A stretch of 64,000 bases of DNA. Source: an uncultured Sphaerobacteraceae bacterium (lineage in GTDB: Bacteria > Chloroflexota > Chloroflexia > Thermomicrobiales > UBA6265). The notes beneath the pieces are model-generated. The model was given only the letters and a program-made list of their open reading frames with translations. It was not told the origin of the DNA and made no database searches. Of this stretch, positions 38,082-47,862 are shown in pieces (the first letter of the stretch is position 1; every line of letters starts with the position of its first letter). The translations under genes were made by a program, and so were the position numbers. Location: the NCBI GenBank assembly GCA_964371945.1, contig CAYJPA010000014.1:6492-70491 (forward strand), in the 5' to 3' direction.

Positions 38082-39038
38082 ATGGGACGATATGTGCTCC
38101 GCCGGATCATCATTGCTCTTCCCATATTGTTGGCGATCACATTTATCATCTTCTCCTTGCAGCAAATCAGTCCCGGCGATCCGCTAAACGCCTACCTGCC
38201 TCCGGATTTTCCCGTGCCGGAAGCACAGCGAGAAGCAATGCGGCATCAACTAGGCCTCGATCAACCATTCCTGACCCGCTACGTCTACTGGCTGCGCGAA
38301 ACATCTCAGGGAAACCTCGGCGTACGCACCAAAACTCATGAGCAGGTGACCGATGCGATCTCGGGCCGGGTGAGCGCGACCCTGCTCCTGATGGGCACGG
38401 CCATGCTCATCGGCACGATCTTTGGCATCGTATTTGGTGTCCTTGCGGCCATTCGCCAGTATTCGATTCTTGACGGAATCCTGACGATCTTTGCATTTCT
38501 CGGCATCTCGATGCCCGTTTACCTCACCGGTTTGCTCGGACTCTACTTCTTCGCGCTCAAACTGGACTGGTTTCCGGCCGGCGGCTTTTCCAATCCCGGT
38601 CAACCCTTTTCATTGACTGATCGGCTACATCATCTTGTTTTGCCTGCCTTCATCATCGCAATCAATTACATCGCGCAAACCATGCGATATACGCGTTCCG
38701 CGATGCTTGAAGTGCTCGGTCAGGATTACGTTCGCACCGCACGGGCCAAAGGACTCGGCGAGCTATCGGTTGTGGGAAAGCATGCGCTGCGCAATTCGCT
38801 TCTCCCAATCGTCACGATCATCGGCGCGTACTTACCAAACCTGCTTGGTGGAGCAATTTTCATCGAGTCGATCTTTGGCTGGCCGGGACTTGGTCGGCTG
38901 CTGCTGGATGGTGTCGAGTCGCGCGATTTTCCGTTGATCATGGGATTGACGTTCGTGCTCGCAATCGTCATCCTCGCTACCAATATCCTCACGGACATCG
39001 TCTATGCCGTTGTCGATCCGAGAATCCGGTTTGAATGA
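38082..39038 (+). CDS. DppB/OppB-like ABC permease
   Basis: PGDP, LGLDQP, DYVRTARAKGL, HALRNSLLP and ESIFGWPGLG. Confidence 0.92.
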   Translation: MGRYVLRRIIIALPILLAITFIIFSLQQISPGDPLNAYLPPDFPVPEAQREAMRHQLGLDQPFLTRYVYWLRETSQGNLGVRTKTHEQVTDAISGRVSATLLLMGTAMLIGTIFGIVFGVLAAIRQYSILDGILTIFAFLGISMPVYLTGLLGLYFFALKLDWFPAGGFSNPGQPFSLTDRLHHLVLPAFIIAINYIAQTMRYTRSAMLEVLGQDYVRTARAKGLGELSVVGKHALRNSLLPIVTIIGAYLPNLLGGAIFIESIFGWPGLGRLLLDGVESRDFPLIMGLTFVLAIVILATNILTDIVYAVVDPRIRFE

Positions 39039-39942
39039 GCGCGCGCAAACACCGCATTCCTCCGGCCAGGATGCCTTTGGTCGTCGTGTCCGGGTCATGA
39101 GTCCGAGCCGGCAAGCAGTCCGGCGCTTCTCGCATCACAGACTCGCGATGACCGGATTAGTCACATTCCTCCTGATCGCCTTGATGGCCACCTTTGCGCC
39201 GCTGGTGACCGAGTACGAGCCAAATCTGATCGTATTGCAGGATCGGAATCAGGGTCCAAGCTTGGACCACTGGTTTGGGACCGACCGGACGGGCCGCGAC
39301 GTCTATTCCCGGGTCGTATACGCGGGCCGGGTTTCAATTGTGGTCGGAGTTCTGGCGGTCGCGATCTCCGTTGCGATCGCGCTTTTGCTTGGATCGCTAG
39401 CGGGCTTCTTTGGCGGCAAGGTCGACATGATCGTCATGCGCTTTACCGATGTGATCATGACCTTTCCGCCGGTGGTGATCTTCGTCACGGTCGCCGCCCT
39501 GGCGAGACCGGGCGTGCAGAACACGATCTTGGTGATCGGGCTCTTGAACTGGCCGATTCCGTGCCGTTTGGTGCGGGCGAAGATACTGTCGGTCCGCGAG
39601 ACCGAGTTTGTGACGGCTGCCCGGGCAATCGGCGCGCCGACCAGGCGGATCATCACCCTTCATGCGTTGCCAAATGTGATTGACGTGATTGTGGTCTACT
39701 CGACGCTCGGCATCGCCGTCGCGATTCTGTTGGAGGCCGGTCTCAGTTTTCTTGGTCTCGGTGTCCAGCAACCGACGTCAAGCTGGGGCAACATGTTGAA
39801 CGTTGCGCGCAACATCAGCGTGCTCGAGTCGTCGCCCTGGCTGTGGATCCCGCCCGGCGTCGCGATTGTGCTCACCGTGCTCGCCGTCAACCTGATCGGC
39901 GACGGTCTCCGCGATGCGCTCGATCCCAGAATGAAACTATAG
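39031..39942 (+). CDS. DppC/OppC-like ABC permease
   Basis: HWFGTDRTGRDV, EFVTAARAIGA, EAGLSFLGLG and GDGLRDALDP. Confidence 0.92.
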   Translation: MNERAQTPHSSGQDAFGRRVRVMSPSRQAVRRFSHHRLAMTGLVTFLLIALMATFAPLVTEYEPNLIVLQDRNQGPSLDHWFGTDRTGRDVYSRVVYAGRVSIVVGVLAVAISVAIALLLGSLAGFFGGKVDMIVMRFTDVIMTFPPVVIFVTVAALARPGVQNTILVIGLLNWPIPCRLVRAKILSVRETEFVTAARAIGAPTRRIITLHALPNVIDVIVVYSTLGIAVAILLEAGLSFLGLGVQQPTSSWGNMLNVARNISVLESSPWLWIPPGVAIVLTVLAVNLIGDGLRDALDPRMKL

Positions 39943-39984
39943 GTGTCCTTGACGGGTTTTCCTGGAACCTGTTGACTTGGACTA

Positions 39985-40896
39985 CTACTCGATCCGATTG
40001 ACCAGCTTGCCCAGCTTTTCGATTTCGGCCTCGACAACATCTCCGGCCTTCAGGAATGTGGCTGACGCTGCTCCAACCCCACCCGGCGTTCCCATGCAGA
40101 GGAGATCGCCGGGACGAATCGTCACAAAGCGCGATAGGAAGGCGATCGCCTCCAGAATCGAAAAGATCATCTCTCCGGCCGACGAATGCTGCCGTAGCTC
40201 GCCATTCACTTTGAGCGCCATTTCCAATGCATTCGGATCCCCGGCTTCATCTCTTGTCACAAGATAAGGTCCGATCGCGGCGAACGAATCGCACCACTTT
40301 CCGAGCAACCAATCAAAGAGCCCATCCCCGGTGCGCTGAGCTCGCCCTTCAGCGATTTTGAGCGAGCGGGCAGACACGTCGTTAAACACGACATAGCCGG
40401 CCACGTGCTCGTTCGCCTGGTCCTCGGGGATGTGCCGTCCCGTTTTGCCGATTACCGCGGCAATTTCGATCTCATAGTCGAGTGTGTCCGAGTCTGGCGG
40501 AATGCGGATCGGATCGCCGCTGCCGATCACTGCCGTGCCGGGCTTGATGAAGGGCCGCGGGTTGATCTTCGACTTGTCGACCGCCGGCGCGCCCGATTCC
40601 ATGATATGAGACTGGTAGTTTCCAGCGAGCAGAAAGATCGTCGGCGGATTGGGTACAGCCGCGGTGAGTTTTACGCTCTCCTCCGGAAACGACATCAGGT
40701 TCCCTGCCGCGGCCCTCGCGCTGATCTGCCTGACGGCGTCAATTGCGGCCTCGCCGAGCGCGAGGAGCTCGGTTACGTCTGATGGCAACGAACGACCGAT
40801 CGCGACTCCGCCGCCGGCCAGATCGACGATCCGGTTGGCAACGGCGATGCCGGCACGAGGTGCTCCGCCGTCCTGGACGTATGTCACGAACCGCAT
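39985..40896 (-). CDS. Fumarylacetoacetate hydrolase family protein
   Basis: NYQSH, DYEIEIAAVIG, FNDVSAR, GKWCDSF and GTPGGVG. Confidence 0.9.
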   Translation of the reverse strand: MRFVTYVQDGGAPRAGIAVANRIVDLAGGGVAIGRSLPSDVTELLALGEAAIDAVRQISARAAAGNLMSFPEESVKLTAAVPNPPTIFLLAGNYQSHIMESGAPAVDKSKINPRPFIKPGTAVIGSGDPIRIPPDSDTLDYEIEIAAVIGKTGRHIPEDQANEHVAGYVVFNDVSARSLKIAEGRAQRTGDGLFDWLLGKWCDSFAAIGPYLVTRDEAGDPNALEMALKVNGELRQHSSAGEMIFSILEAIAFLSRFVTIRPGDLLCMGTPGGVGAASATFLKAGDVVEAEIEKLGKLVNRIE

Positions 40897-40929
40897 TCGA
40901 AGCGCCCTTTCATACTCTCTTGCCGCCGC

Positions 40930-42006
40930 CTACCAACCAACAGCAGCCCTTTTTCCGGTCTTTGCCGATTCGTATGCGGCATCGATGACTCTCAGCGCGT
41001 TGACGAGATGCTCGCCATTCGCCAAAGGCTCGCGATCGTGGGCGATCGAGTCGAGCAAGTCCTGAATGATCGCGGGAGCATTTGCGCCATAGCCCGGCAC
41101 ACTGTAACTCTTGTACGTAAGTCGCTCTTCAATCACCGGATCCGACGGGGTGCCGGCGCCGATCCAGTCGACCGTGCCATCGAATCCGACACGAACGGAC
41201 CCCGCGCTTCCTCGAACCGCGACATACCCGTCCGACATGGTTCGTGGAAGCACATAAGCGCTGTGCATCGTGCCTATTGCCCCATTTTCATAGCGTAGCG
41301 CGAGCGACATCACATCCTCGACCTCGATTCCGGCATTGTTGACCTGACCCGACATCGCTTGAACCTCGACGATTCGCTCGCCCGTCAACCAGAGTAGTTG
41401 ATCGATGTCATGCACGGCGAGCCAAAGGAGGATGCCGCCCCCCTGAAGATCGCGGGAGAAGATGTGGTTGGCTGGATTGCGAACGAGCGGCGACGAGGTG
41501 TTGAAGACCGCGTCGGTGGAAAGCAGGCGCCCGGTTCGCCCTTCCCGGATCATCGATTGCGCGTGACGCCAGCCCCGCCCATAGCGACGGAGAAGTCCGG
41601 AGGCAACCTTGACACCGTGCCTACTCGCGAGCGCGAAAGCAGCCTCGGCTGTCGCCGCATTCGGTGCGCCGGGCTTGTCGATCAGCATGTGAACCCCCGC
41701 GGCCGCGAACTTGATCACGGCGCCGGGTGCATGCAGGTTCGGAAGCGTGATGAGCGCGATATCCAGATCGTGATCAGCGATCAATTCGTCAAGATCGGTG
41801 ACAAACGGAAGTTGGCGATAGCGCTCCGGCAACCGCGGACTCAGATGGGGATCGTGGAACGACGGCGCCAATGACGCGCCCATGTCAGGATTCGGATCGT
41901 AGAGCGCGACGACGTCAAGTTGCTCAGGAAAGAGCTCCAGGCTCTCCGCCCAGCCGGTTGAATGGTAATGATCGATACCAGCGATCCCGACACGAAGTCT
42001 CGTCAC
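40930..42006 (-). CDS. Gfo/Idh/MocA family oxidoreductase
   Basis: RVGIAG, PNLH, GVHMLIDKP and GGGILLWLAVHDID. Confidence 0.88.
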   Translation of the reverse strand: MTRLRVGIAGIDHYHSTGWAESLELFPEQLDVVALYDPNPDMGASLAPSFHDPHLSPRLPERYRQLPFVTDLDELIADHDLDIALITLPNLHAPGAVIKFAAAGVHMLIDKPGAPNAATAEAAFALASRHGVKVASGLLRRYGRGWRHAQSMIREGRTGRLLSTDAVFNTSSPLVRNPANHIFSRDLQGGGILLWLAVHDIDQLLWLTGERIVEVQAMSGQVNNAGIEVEDVMSLALRYENGAIGTMHSAYVLPRTMSDGYVAVRGSAGSVRVGFDGTVDWIGAGTPSDPVIEERLTYKSYSVPGYGANAPAIIQDLLDSIAHDREPLANGEHLVNALRVIDAAYESAKTGKRAAVGW

Positions 42007-42022
42007 CTTACCGCCCTCGAAG

Positions 42023-43042
42023 TTAGGTCCAATCAAACACGGCGCCAACCATCGATTTGTCGCCTGACACGAACCGGCTTAGTACCGGCTCGATCTCTTC
42101 CGGCCGGAATCGATGCGTCACGAGCTTACCGAGATCGATCTTGCCGCGACCCGCCTGTTCGAGCAAGTAGGCGTAATTCGCTTCCCGGGTGAAGGTATGG
42201 GGCGAGTCCGCGAGCGACTCTTCGGGATCGTAGCCGCAACCAACGATTTCGATCTTCTGGTAGTGCAATTTGCTCGGAAAGCTGTAGAGCAAGCGATGGA
42301 GCTTGAGCGCGTAGTCAGCGTCCGGCGGCTTGCGATAGAGTCCCATCAACGCGATTCGGCTGTACGTCCGGGTTAGCGAGAACGCCTGCTCGAATCCTGT
42401 CCATGCCCCGCTTGTCTCGAGTACCAAATCGATTCCCCTTGGTCCAACGAACCCGGCGATCTGTTCGTCCGCGTCTGGGGAGCCCGCCTGTACTACGGCG
42501 CCGAGACCGAGCGTCGAGGCAAACGCAATTCGCTCTGTTGCGACGTCAAGCGCAATCACTCGCGCTCCCATCATGTCGGCGACAAGCGCCGCGGATGCTC
42601 CTACCAGGCCCAGACCGACCACGGCGACATTCTGGCCCGCCTCATACCGTCCGAGATGCAGCGCGCTGACCGCCCATCCCGCCAAGTAGGAGAGGCTCGC
42701 CGCCTCCGGCGAAACTCCGGCCGGTATCCTGTGCGTCTTGCGGGCGGGCACGACCGCCATCTCCTGGTGCCCCACTCCGTTCATGGAGACTGGATCGCCC
42801 ACCGCCAGACCGGTGACTCCGCTCCCGACGGAAGTCACCACTCCCGATCCCATATAGACGCAATCTTGCGGCACAGCTTCGCTTGTGCCCGCGTATGATC
42901 CGGTTTGAAAGATGTAGGTGTTGCTGCCCGGGCTGATCGCCGTGTGGGTGATGTTGACCTGAACTTCTCCGGGTCCGGGGTCGGCTTTGGGCTCGTCGAG
43001 GCAGGCAATCACTCCCGGCGACGTCACGTAGTAGTGTTTCAT
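42023..43042 (-). CDS. MDR/zinc-type alcohol dehydrogenase-like protein
   Basis: ISPGS N-terminal motif, GVVTSVGSGV..GD, VVGLGLVG Rossmann motif and LVTHRF. Confidence 0.82.
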   Translation of the reverse strand: MKHYYVTSPGVIACLDEPKADPGPGEVQVNITHTAISPGSNTYIFQTGSYAGTSEAVPQDCVYMGSGVVTSVGSGVTGLAVGDPVSMNGVGHQEMAVVPARKTHRIPAGVSPEAASLSYLAGWAVSALHLGRYEAGQNVAVVGLGLVGASAALVADMMGARVIALDVATERIAFASTLGLGAVVQAGSPDADEQIAGFVGPRGIDLVLETSGAWTGFEQAFSLTRTYSRIALMGLYRKPPDADYALKLHRLLYSFPSKLHYQKIEIVGCGYDPEESLADSPHTFTREANYAYLLEQAGRGKIDLGKLVTHRFRPEEIEPVLSRFVSGDKSMVGAVFDWT

Positions 43043-43289
43043 GGAGTCAGGCCAGTTCCGTTCAGATCGTCCGATTCGTGAATTACTCCGACAATCCTAC
43101 GAAACTATCGAGCATTTTGTGAGGCACGGGGTGGCGGCCCTTTGAGGCGCCTCCGAACAAGCATCGACCCGGCCAATTCCCGGTGATTCGACCGGTTTGG
43201 ATCGCTCGATCGTGCTGGTATCCACACCTTTTGACGGGATCTGAGTCCCGCGGCCCGGAGGCGCCAAGAATCGAACGGGCAAAGCATCA

Positions 43290-43913
43290 CTAGCGAGCGA
43301 GGCTCGCGAGCGCGATCACGCCGAAGGCCAGAATGATCAGGCCGGAGAGGCGGTTGATGAACGTCAACCGTGAAACGGTGAGCCTTTCGCGCAGCCATGC
43401 GGTTCCGCTGATCAAAATCGCCCACCAGAGCGTCGATCCCGTGAAGACTCCGATCACGAGCGCGACCGCGGATGCTGTGCCAACGTCGTCATTGACAAAG
43501 CCAATACCGGAGAAAATCGCGACAAACGAGAGGATCGTGGTCGGATTCGTCAGCGTCAGGCCCAAAGTCGAAAGAAACGCGCCCGCGCCGCGGACTCTGG
43601 CGTTCTCTCCGGCTCGCGGAACGTCGAGCGCTCTTGTGCGAAATGTCCGCCAGCCCAGCCAGAGCAGAAATGCTCCGCCGATAAGTCGAACAAAGTCTTC
43701 GATATCGATCAGAAACGAAGAAACGGAGCTCAATCCAAATGCGGCGATCGCGCCATAAACCGCGTCCGCCGTCGCGATGCCAAAGCCCGAGAGCAACCCC
43801 GCGATTCTGCCTCGCGCCAGCGTCCTCCGAATGCACAACACCGCCATTGGACCAATGGGTGCCGCAACAGAGAGTCCAATCAGGGCTCCTCTTGGAAAGA
43901 GCGACCAGTCCAT
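43290..43913 (-). CDS. LysE family amino-acid exporter
   Basis: AAPIGP..LCIRRTL, GIATADAVY and LTLTNPTTIL. Confidence 0.92.
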   Translation of the reverse strand: MDWSLFPRGALIGLSVAAPIGPMAVLCIRRTLARGRIAGLLSGFGIATADAVYGAIAAFGLSSVSSFLIDIEDFVRLIGGAFLLWLGWRTFRTRALDVPRAGENARVRGAGAFLSTLGLTLTNPTTILSFVAIFSGIGFVNDDVGTASAVALVIGVFTGSTLWWAILISGTAWLRERLTVSRLTFINRLSGLIILAFGVIALASLAR

Positions 43914-43916
43914 GCC

Positions 43917-44387
43917 TCACGTTCCGCCGCGTAGATCGAGCGCGGTGGTCTCCTTTGGAGACGAGAGCGCGATGGCGGTGTGCGACCGTGCAACACCCGG
44001 GAGGCTCTTAATCTGGCTCGAGATGAGCCTCTCGAGCGCCGCGGTTGTCGCGACTCGTACCTTCAAGAGGTAGGAAAAGTCACCCGTAACGTGATGGCAC
44101 TCGAGAATCGCCGGAATACTCGCCACCGCTTCGAGGAAACCGCGATCATGTTCAGGACGCTCAATCACAATCTGAATGAACGCGCAAAGCTCGAGGCCGA
44201 CTTCAGTCGGATCAAGCTGTGCCGCGAATCTGCGAACGATTCCTGAAGTGACGAGCTTTTTCAGCCTGGCGTTAACGCCAGAGATTGATAGACCAACCTC
44301 CGTTCCGAGATCCGCGTAGGACCTGCGATCGTCTTCTTGCAAGAGCTCCAGCAAACGAATATCGACCTCGTCCAGATCGTCTCGCAA
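43917..44387 (-). CDS. Lrp/AsnC family transcriptional regulator
   Basis: LDEVDIRLLELLQ..HTH and ECHHVTGDFSYLLKV. Confidence 0.93.
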   Translation of the reverse strand: MRDDLDEVDIRLLELLQEDDRRSYADLGTEVGLSISGVNARLKKLVTSGIVRRFAAQLDPTEVGLELCAFIQIVIERPEHDRGFLEAVASIPAILECHHVTGDFSYLLKVRVATTAALERLISSQIKSLPGVARSHTAIALSSPKETTALDLRGGT

Positions 44388-44425
44388 CGAGGACTCCTTC
44401 CACCATGAATTGCGTCAATCGAAGT

Positions 44426-44442
44426 GAATAGCGAAACTATTC
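44426..44442. promoter_or_regulatory. Palindrome upstream of lrp-lysE (candidate autoregulatory operator)
   Basis: GAATAG-CGAAA-CTATTC about 40 nt upstream of the regulator start. Confidence 0.35.
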
Positions 44443-44557
44443 GCTTGTTTTCCGGAGACTATAGCAATTTCTACGTGCCAGGGGCAATCTGGCAGCAGTG
44501 CATGGCCTCAACGGCCAGACTTGGCAACCCGCTCCGTGACTCCGTGAGGAGATTCAA

Positions 44558-46783
44558 TTATTGAACTGGAAGCCGATAGTGCTCGATAAGCCAGTGCTGG
44601 ACATCAAATGGCTCGGTTCCGTCGGCGACCTTGACGGGCCGGTAGTCGCCGCTCGGCTGGAGAATCGATGTATTCACCGTATCTCTCAAGTACGCGGGCA
44701 TCACGACATCGCGCAAGTGCGCCTTGTTGTCCCCATCCTCCACTGGAAAGATGACCTCGACCCGGCGATCGAGGTTCCGCTCCATCAAATCGGCGCTACC
44801 GAGGTAGAGTTCGTCGTTGCCGTCGTTATGGAAGTAATACATCCGGCTGTGCTCGAGAAATCGCCCAACAATGCTTCGGACGCGGATCGTCTCGCTCCAG
44901 CCTGGGACGCCGGGCCGGAGGCAGCAAATCCCTCGAACGATCAGGTCAATTTCGATGCCGGCCTGAGACGCCGCGTACAGCGCGCGTACAAGATCCCGAT
45001 CGACCAGCGAGTTCATCTTGAAGATCAGCCGCCCGTTGCCGGTGCGCTTGTGCACCGCGACTTCGCGCGCGATCTTGTCAAGTATCCGCTGGCGAAGGTG
45101 CATCGGCGCCACGAGTAACTTCCGGTACTCCTCTTGTTTTGAAAAACCGGTGAGCACATTGAAGAGCTCAGACACGTCTCTCGTCAGATCCTCGCGCGCG
45201 GAGAGCATTCCAATATCTTCGTAAATCCTGGCGGTGGTTGCATTGTAGTTACCCGTGGAAACATGCACATACCGCCGCAGCCCGTCGTGCTCGCGGCGAA
45301 CGATCAATGTCAGCTTGCAGTGGGTTTTGAGCCCCGCCAGCCCGTAAGCGACATGCACACCGTGCTCTTCGAGCTCATGCGCCCAGGCGATATTGTTCTC
45401 CTCGTCAAATCTGGCCTTCACTTCGATCAAGACGGCGACCTGCGTGTCGTCGTCGCGGGCCTCGATTAACGTCGGAATCAGTGGCGAATCCTTGCCGATC
45501 CGATAGAGCGTCTGCTTGATCGCCACGACTTCCGGATCCCTCGATGCAAGTTGCAGGAAGTCCGTTACCGCCCCAAACGACTGATATGGGTGATGGACCA
45601 GCACGTCTCGTTCGCGAATGTGCTCGAAGAGATCGGTCACGGGCCAGTTGAACGCTTCGGCCTCGGACGTCTCGGCGAACGGCGGGCGGCCAAGCGCGGC
45701 CGGCGCAAACGCGGCGTCTTTCAGATCGGGCCGATCCAACTTTGAGATCTCAAAGAGCGATTCGAGACCCAGCGGCCCATCGACGATGTAAACATCGCGC
45801 TCAACGGCGCTGAGCTGCTCCATCAGCCATTGCCGGACGTCTTCCGGCATGGAGGTATCGACCAACAGCATCACGATCGAGCCAAACATGCGTTGCGACA
45901 GCTGCCTCTCCATTGCCAGCAGGAGATCTCGAGCCTCGTCTTCATCCTCGTCGATGTCGATGTCGGAATCGCGATTGACATGGAACGGGTAAGACGCGAC
46001 GACGTTGTTTCCTGGAAAGAGTCTCGGCAGGTTCGACGCGATCAAATCTTCCAACCAGACGAAGCGGTGATTCCTCCTTCCGTTCGAAGCGCTTGTCGCG
46101 TCTGCATCGGGAACCGGAACAAAGCGGTCCAAAACAGCGGGGACCTTGATCCGCGCAAAGCGCGACCCAGTGTCAGGAGTACGCAGCACCGCGATCAAGT
46201 TGAGGCTGTGATTCGAGACAAAGGGAAACCGGCGTCCGCGATCGACCGCTTGAGGAGTCAGAACGGGGAAAATATCCCGTTCGAAATACTCTTGCAGCGC
46301 CCTGACTTCCCGGCGTTTCAGTTCGTTCATCCGAACAGTTTCGATGCCCTTCGCATGGAGCTCCGGAAAAAGGTCGTCCCGCAACAGTCTCGATTGCTGA
46401 TCGAGCAGCTCCTGAACAAGTGTTTTCAGCAGCCCTGCCTGTTGTGTCGGAGTCCGGCCGTCCGGTCCTGGGTCGGCAATGCCGGCAGTCAGCTTCCGCT
46501 TAAGGCTGGCGACCCGAATCATGAAGAACTCATCGAGATTGGCGGCGAAAATTGCCGCGAATTTTACTCGCTCAAGGAGCGGGGACGATTGGTCGGCGGC
46601 GAGGTCGAGGACTCTGCGGTTGAACTGCAGCCAACTCAGTTCGCGATTGATGTAAAGATCTGGAGAGAGCGGGGAGAGTTGCAGTGGCGGAATGGCTGCC
46701 GCATCGGATGCTTTCTTTGACGAATTTACACCACGACCCGGCGGGTTATCGTTTTCCTGATCGGCTTTTCGCTTACTCGGCAC
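44558..46783 (-). CDS. ppk1: Polyphosphate kinase 1
   Basis: NRELSWLQFN, NLDEFFMIRVA, HHPYQSF, KQTLYR, KARFDEENN, KTHCK, TGNYN and RFLEHSR. Confidence 0.97.
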   Translation of the reverse strand: MPSKRKADQENDNPPGRGVNSSKKASDAAAIPPLQLSPLSPDLYINRELSWLQFNRRVLDLAADQSSPLLERVKFAAIFAANLDEFFMIRVASLKRKLTAGIADPGPDGRTPTQQAGLLKTLVQELLDQQSRLLRDDLFPELHAKGIETVRMNELKRREVRALQEYFERDIFPVLTPQAVDRGRRFPFVSNHSLNLIAVLRTPDTGSRFARIKVPAVLDRFVPVPDADATSASNGRRNHRFVWLEDLIASNLPRLFPGNNVVASYPFHVNRDSDIDIDEDEDEARDLLLAMERQLSQRMFGSIVMLLVDTSMPEDVRQWLMEQLSAVERDVYIVDGPLGLESLFEISKLDRPDLKDAAFAPAALGRPPFAETSEAEAFNWPVTDLFEHIRERDVLVHHPYQSFGAVTDFLQLASRDPEVVAIKQTLYRIGKDSPLIPTLIEARDDDTQVAVLIEVKARFDEENNIAWAHELEEHGVHVAYGLAGLKTHCKLTLIVRREHDGLRRYVHVSTGNYNATTARIYEDIGMLSAREDLTRDVSELFNVLTGFSKQEEYRKLLVAPMHLRQRILDKIAREVAVHKRTGNGRLIFKMNSLVDRDLVRALYAASQAGIEIDLIVRGICCLRPGVPGWSETIRVRSIVGRFLEHSRMYYFHNDGNDELYLGSADLMERNLDRRVEVIFPVEDGDNKAHLRDVVMPAYLRDTVNTSILQPSGDYRPVKVADGTEPFDVQHWLIEHYRLPVQ

Positions 46784-46831
46784 GTCTCGCTCCAGCCGCT
46801 GTGCGCGGTCGAATCGAGTGGCGCCGTCTAG

Positions 46832-47086
46832 CTAGCTGCCCGATCCGACCGACTGGTGCTCTTTTTCATCGACGACATCACGGATACGGCGCATTGCCAG
46901 CACCGGCACAAACGTTGTGACTTTGATCGAATCCCGCCAGAGCTCCCGCACCGCCTGATGCGCGACGTCCTCAAGAAAGGCTTCATCGGCAACGCCGTCA
47001 AATGCCCGTTTCGCGTCGATGACGATTCTACGTGTTACCGCGTCTTCGGTCTTGAGCGCGTCTTTGTTGCCAAGGAGCGTGTCCAT
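46832..47086 (-). CDS. Small three-helix-bundle (DUF3562-like) protein
   Basis: AVRELWRDSIKVTTFVPVLAMRRIRD resembles the A(R/K)VxxFVPLLA motif; GAGGGG SD. Confidence 0.65.
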   Translation of the reverse strand: MDTLLGNKDALKTEDAVTRRIVIDAKRAFDGVADEAFLEDVAHQAVRELWRDSIKVTTFVPVLAMRRIRDVVDEKEHQSVGSGS

Positions 47087-47265
47087 CGTCACCCCTCGAC
47101 CCAGCGCCACGGGGAACTTGCGCTCCCCTCAGCGGTCAGGTCCATTCTATGTCAACCCAAGCTCGAAATCGTTAACGCTGTTCCCGAAGCCCCACGCCGG
47201 GGACAATCGACCGGATCGACCATCGCAATGGTGCGCGTCCGGACACCCCAAAATCGAACCTTGAT

Positions 47266-47282
47266 TGTTAAAATTCTGTAAA
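47266..47282 (-). promoter_or_regulatory. PhoP-box-like direct repeat upstream of the ppk1 transcription unit
   Basis: Minus strand TTTACA-GAATT-TTAACA (11-bp period), matching TT(A/T/C)ACA-N5 repeats. Confidence 0.5.
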
Positions 47283-47343
47283 ATCGTTGGGCTATCTCCG
47301 TGCAGCTCGACCCGAATATTTTCAACATCCACTTAGCCGCACA

Positions 47344-47793
47344 TCATCTAGACGGCTTATCCGTTTTTGGGTCCATCATCTGCTCGGCTCGAAGTTGCGG
47401 GCCAGGCGCGACGCGAAAGACCAGTCTTGACAACTCCTCTTCCTCGACCTTGGTCCTTATCACGAATGTTCCAAGCGCTTCAAACGTATGATTGATATTT
47501 ACTGCAAGCATTAAACGTTGCGACTGACCTGGCGTGCTGCCAGGGGGCCGCCCAACCTCCAGTTCAGCGGTGAGCGTCGCAATCAATTTCTCGTCTTCAG
47601 TGCTGAATTCAATCTCGACATTGTGTCGATAGTTTGTTTCGTTCCATTCCACAAGAAACGAGGTGGCGATGGCGAAATTCTGGGAGTGCGGAAGAGAATT
47701 GACGACAAGGTTGTCCCACCCCCCGCCCATGGTATAAAGCTTACCATTCAGAACTTCTGCGTAATCCGCTACGAGAATCCATTCAGTCCGCAT
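47344..47793 (-). CDS. DUF6941-like beta-rich protein
   Basis: ILVADYAEVLNGKLYTMGGGWD N-terminal motif; alternating beta-strand pattern. Confidence 0.7.
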   Translation of the reverse strand: MRTEWILVADYAEVLNGKLYTMGGGWDNLVVNSLPHSQNFAIATSFLVEWNETNYRHNVEIEFSTEDEKLIATLTAELEVGRPPGSTPGQSQRLMLAVNINHTFEALGTFVIRTKVEEEELSRLVFRVAPGPQLRAEQMMDPKTDKPSR

Positions 47794-47812
47794 GACGTGC
47801 GTAGCCTTTCGT

Positions 47813-47838
47813 ACTACAAGTACACTACAATTTGTAGT
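47813..47838. promoter_or_regulatory. Operator-like repeat in the divergent promoter of the TA islet
   Basis: ACTACAA at 47813 and palindrome ACTACAA-T-TTGTAGT at 47824-38, overlapping -10-like TACACT/TACAAT. Confidence 0.6.
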
Positions 47839-47862
47839 TGATCTTATGGGGAGTTTGGACGA

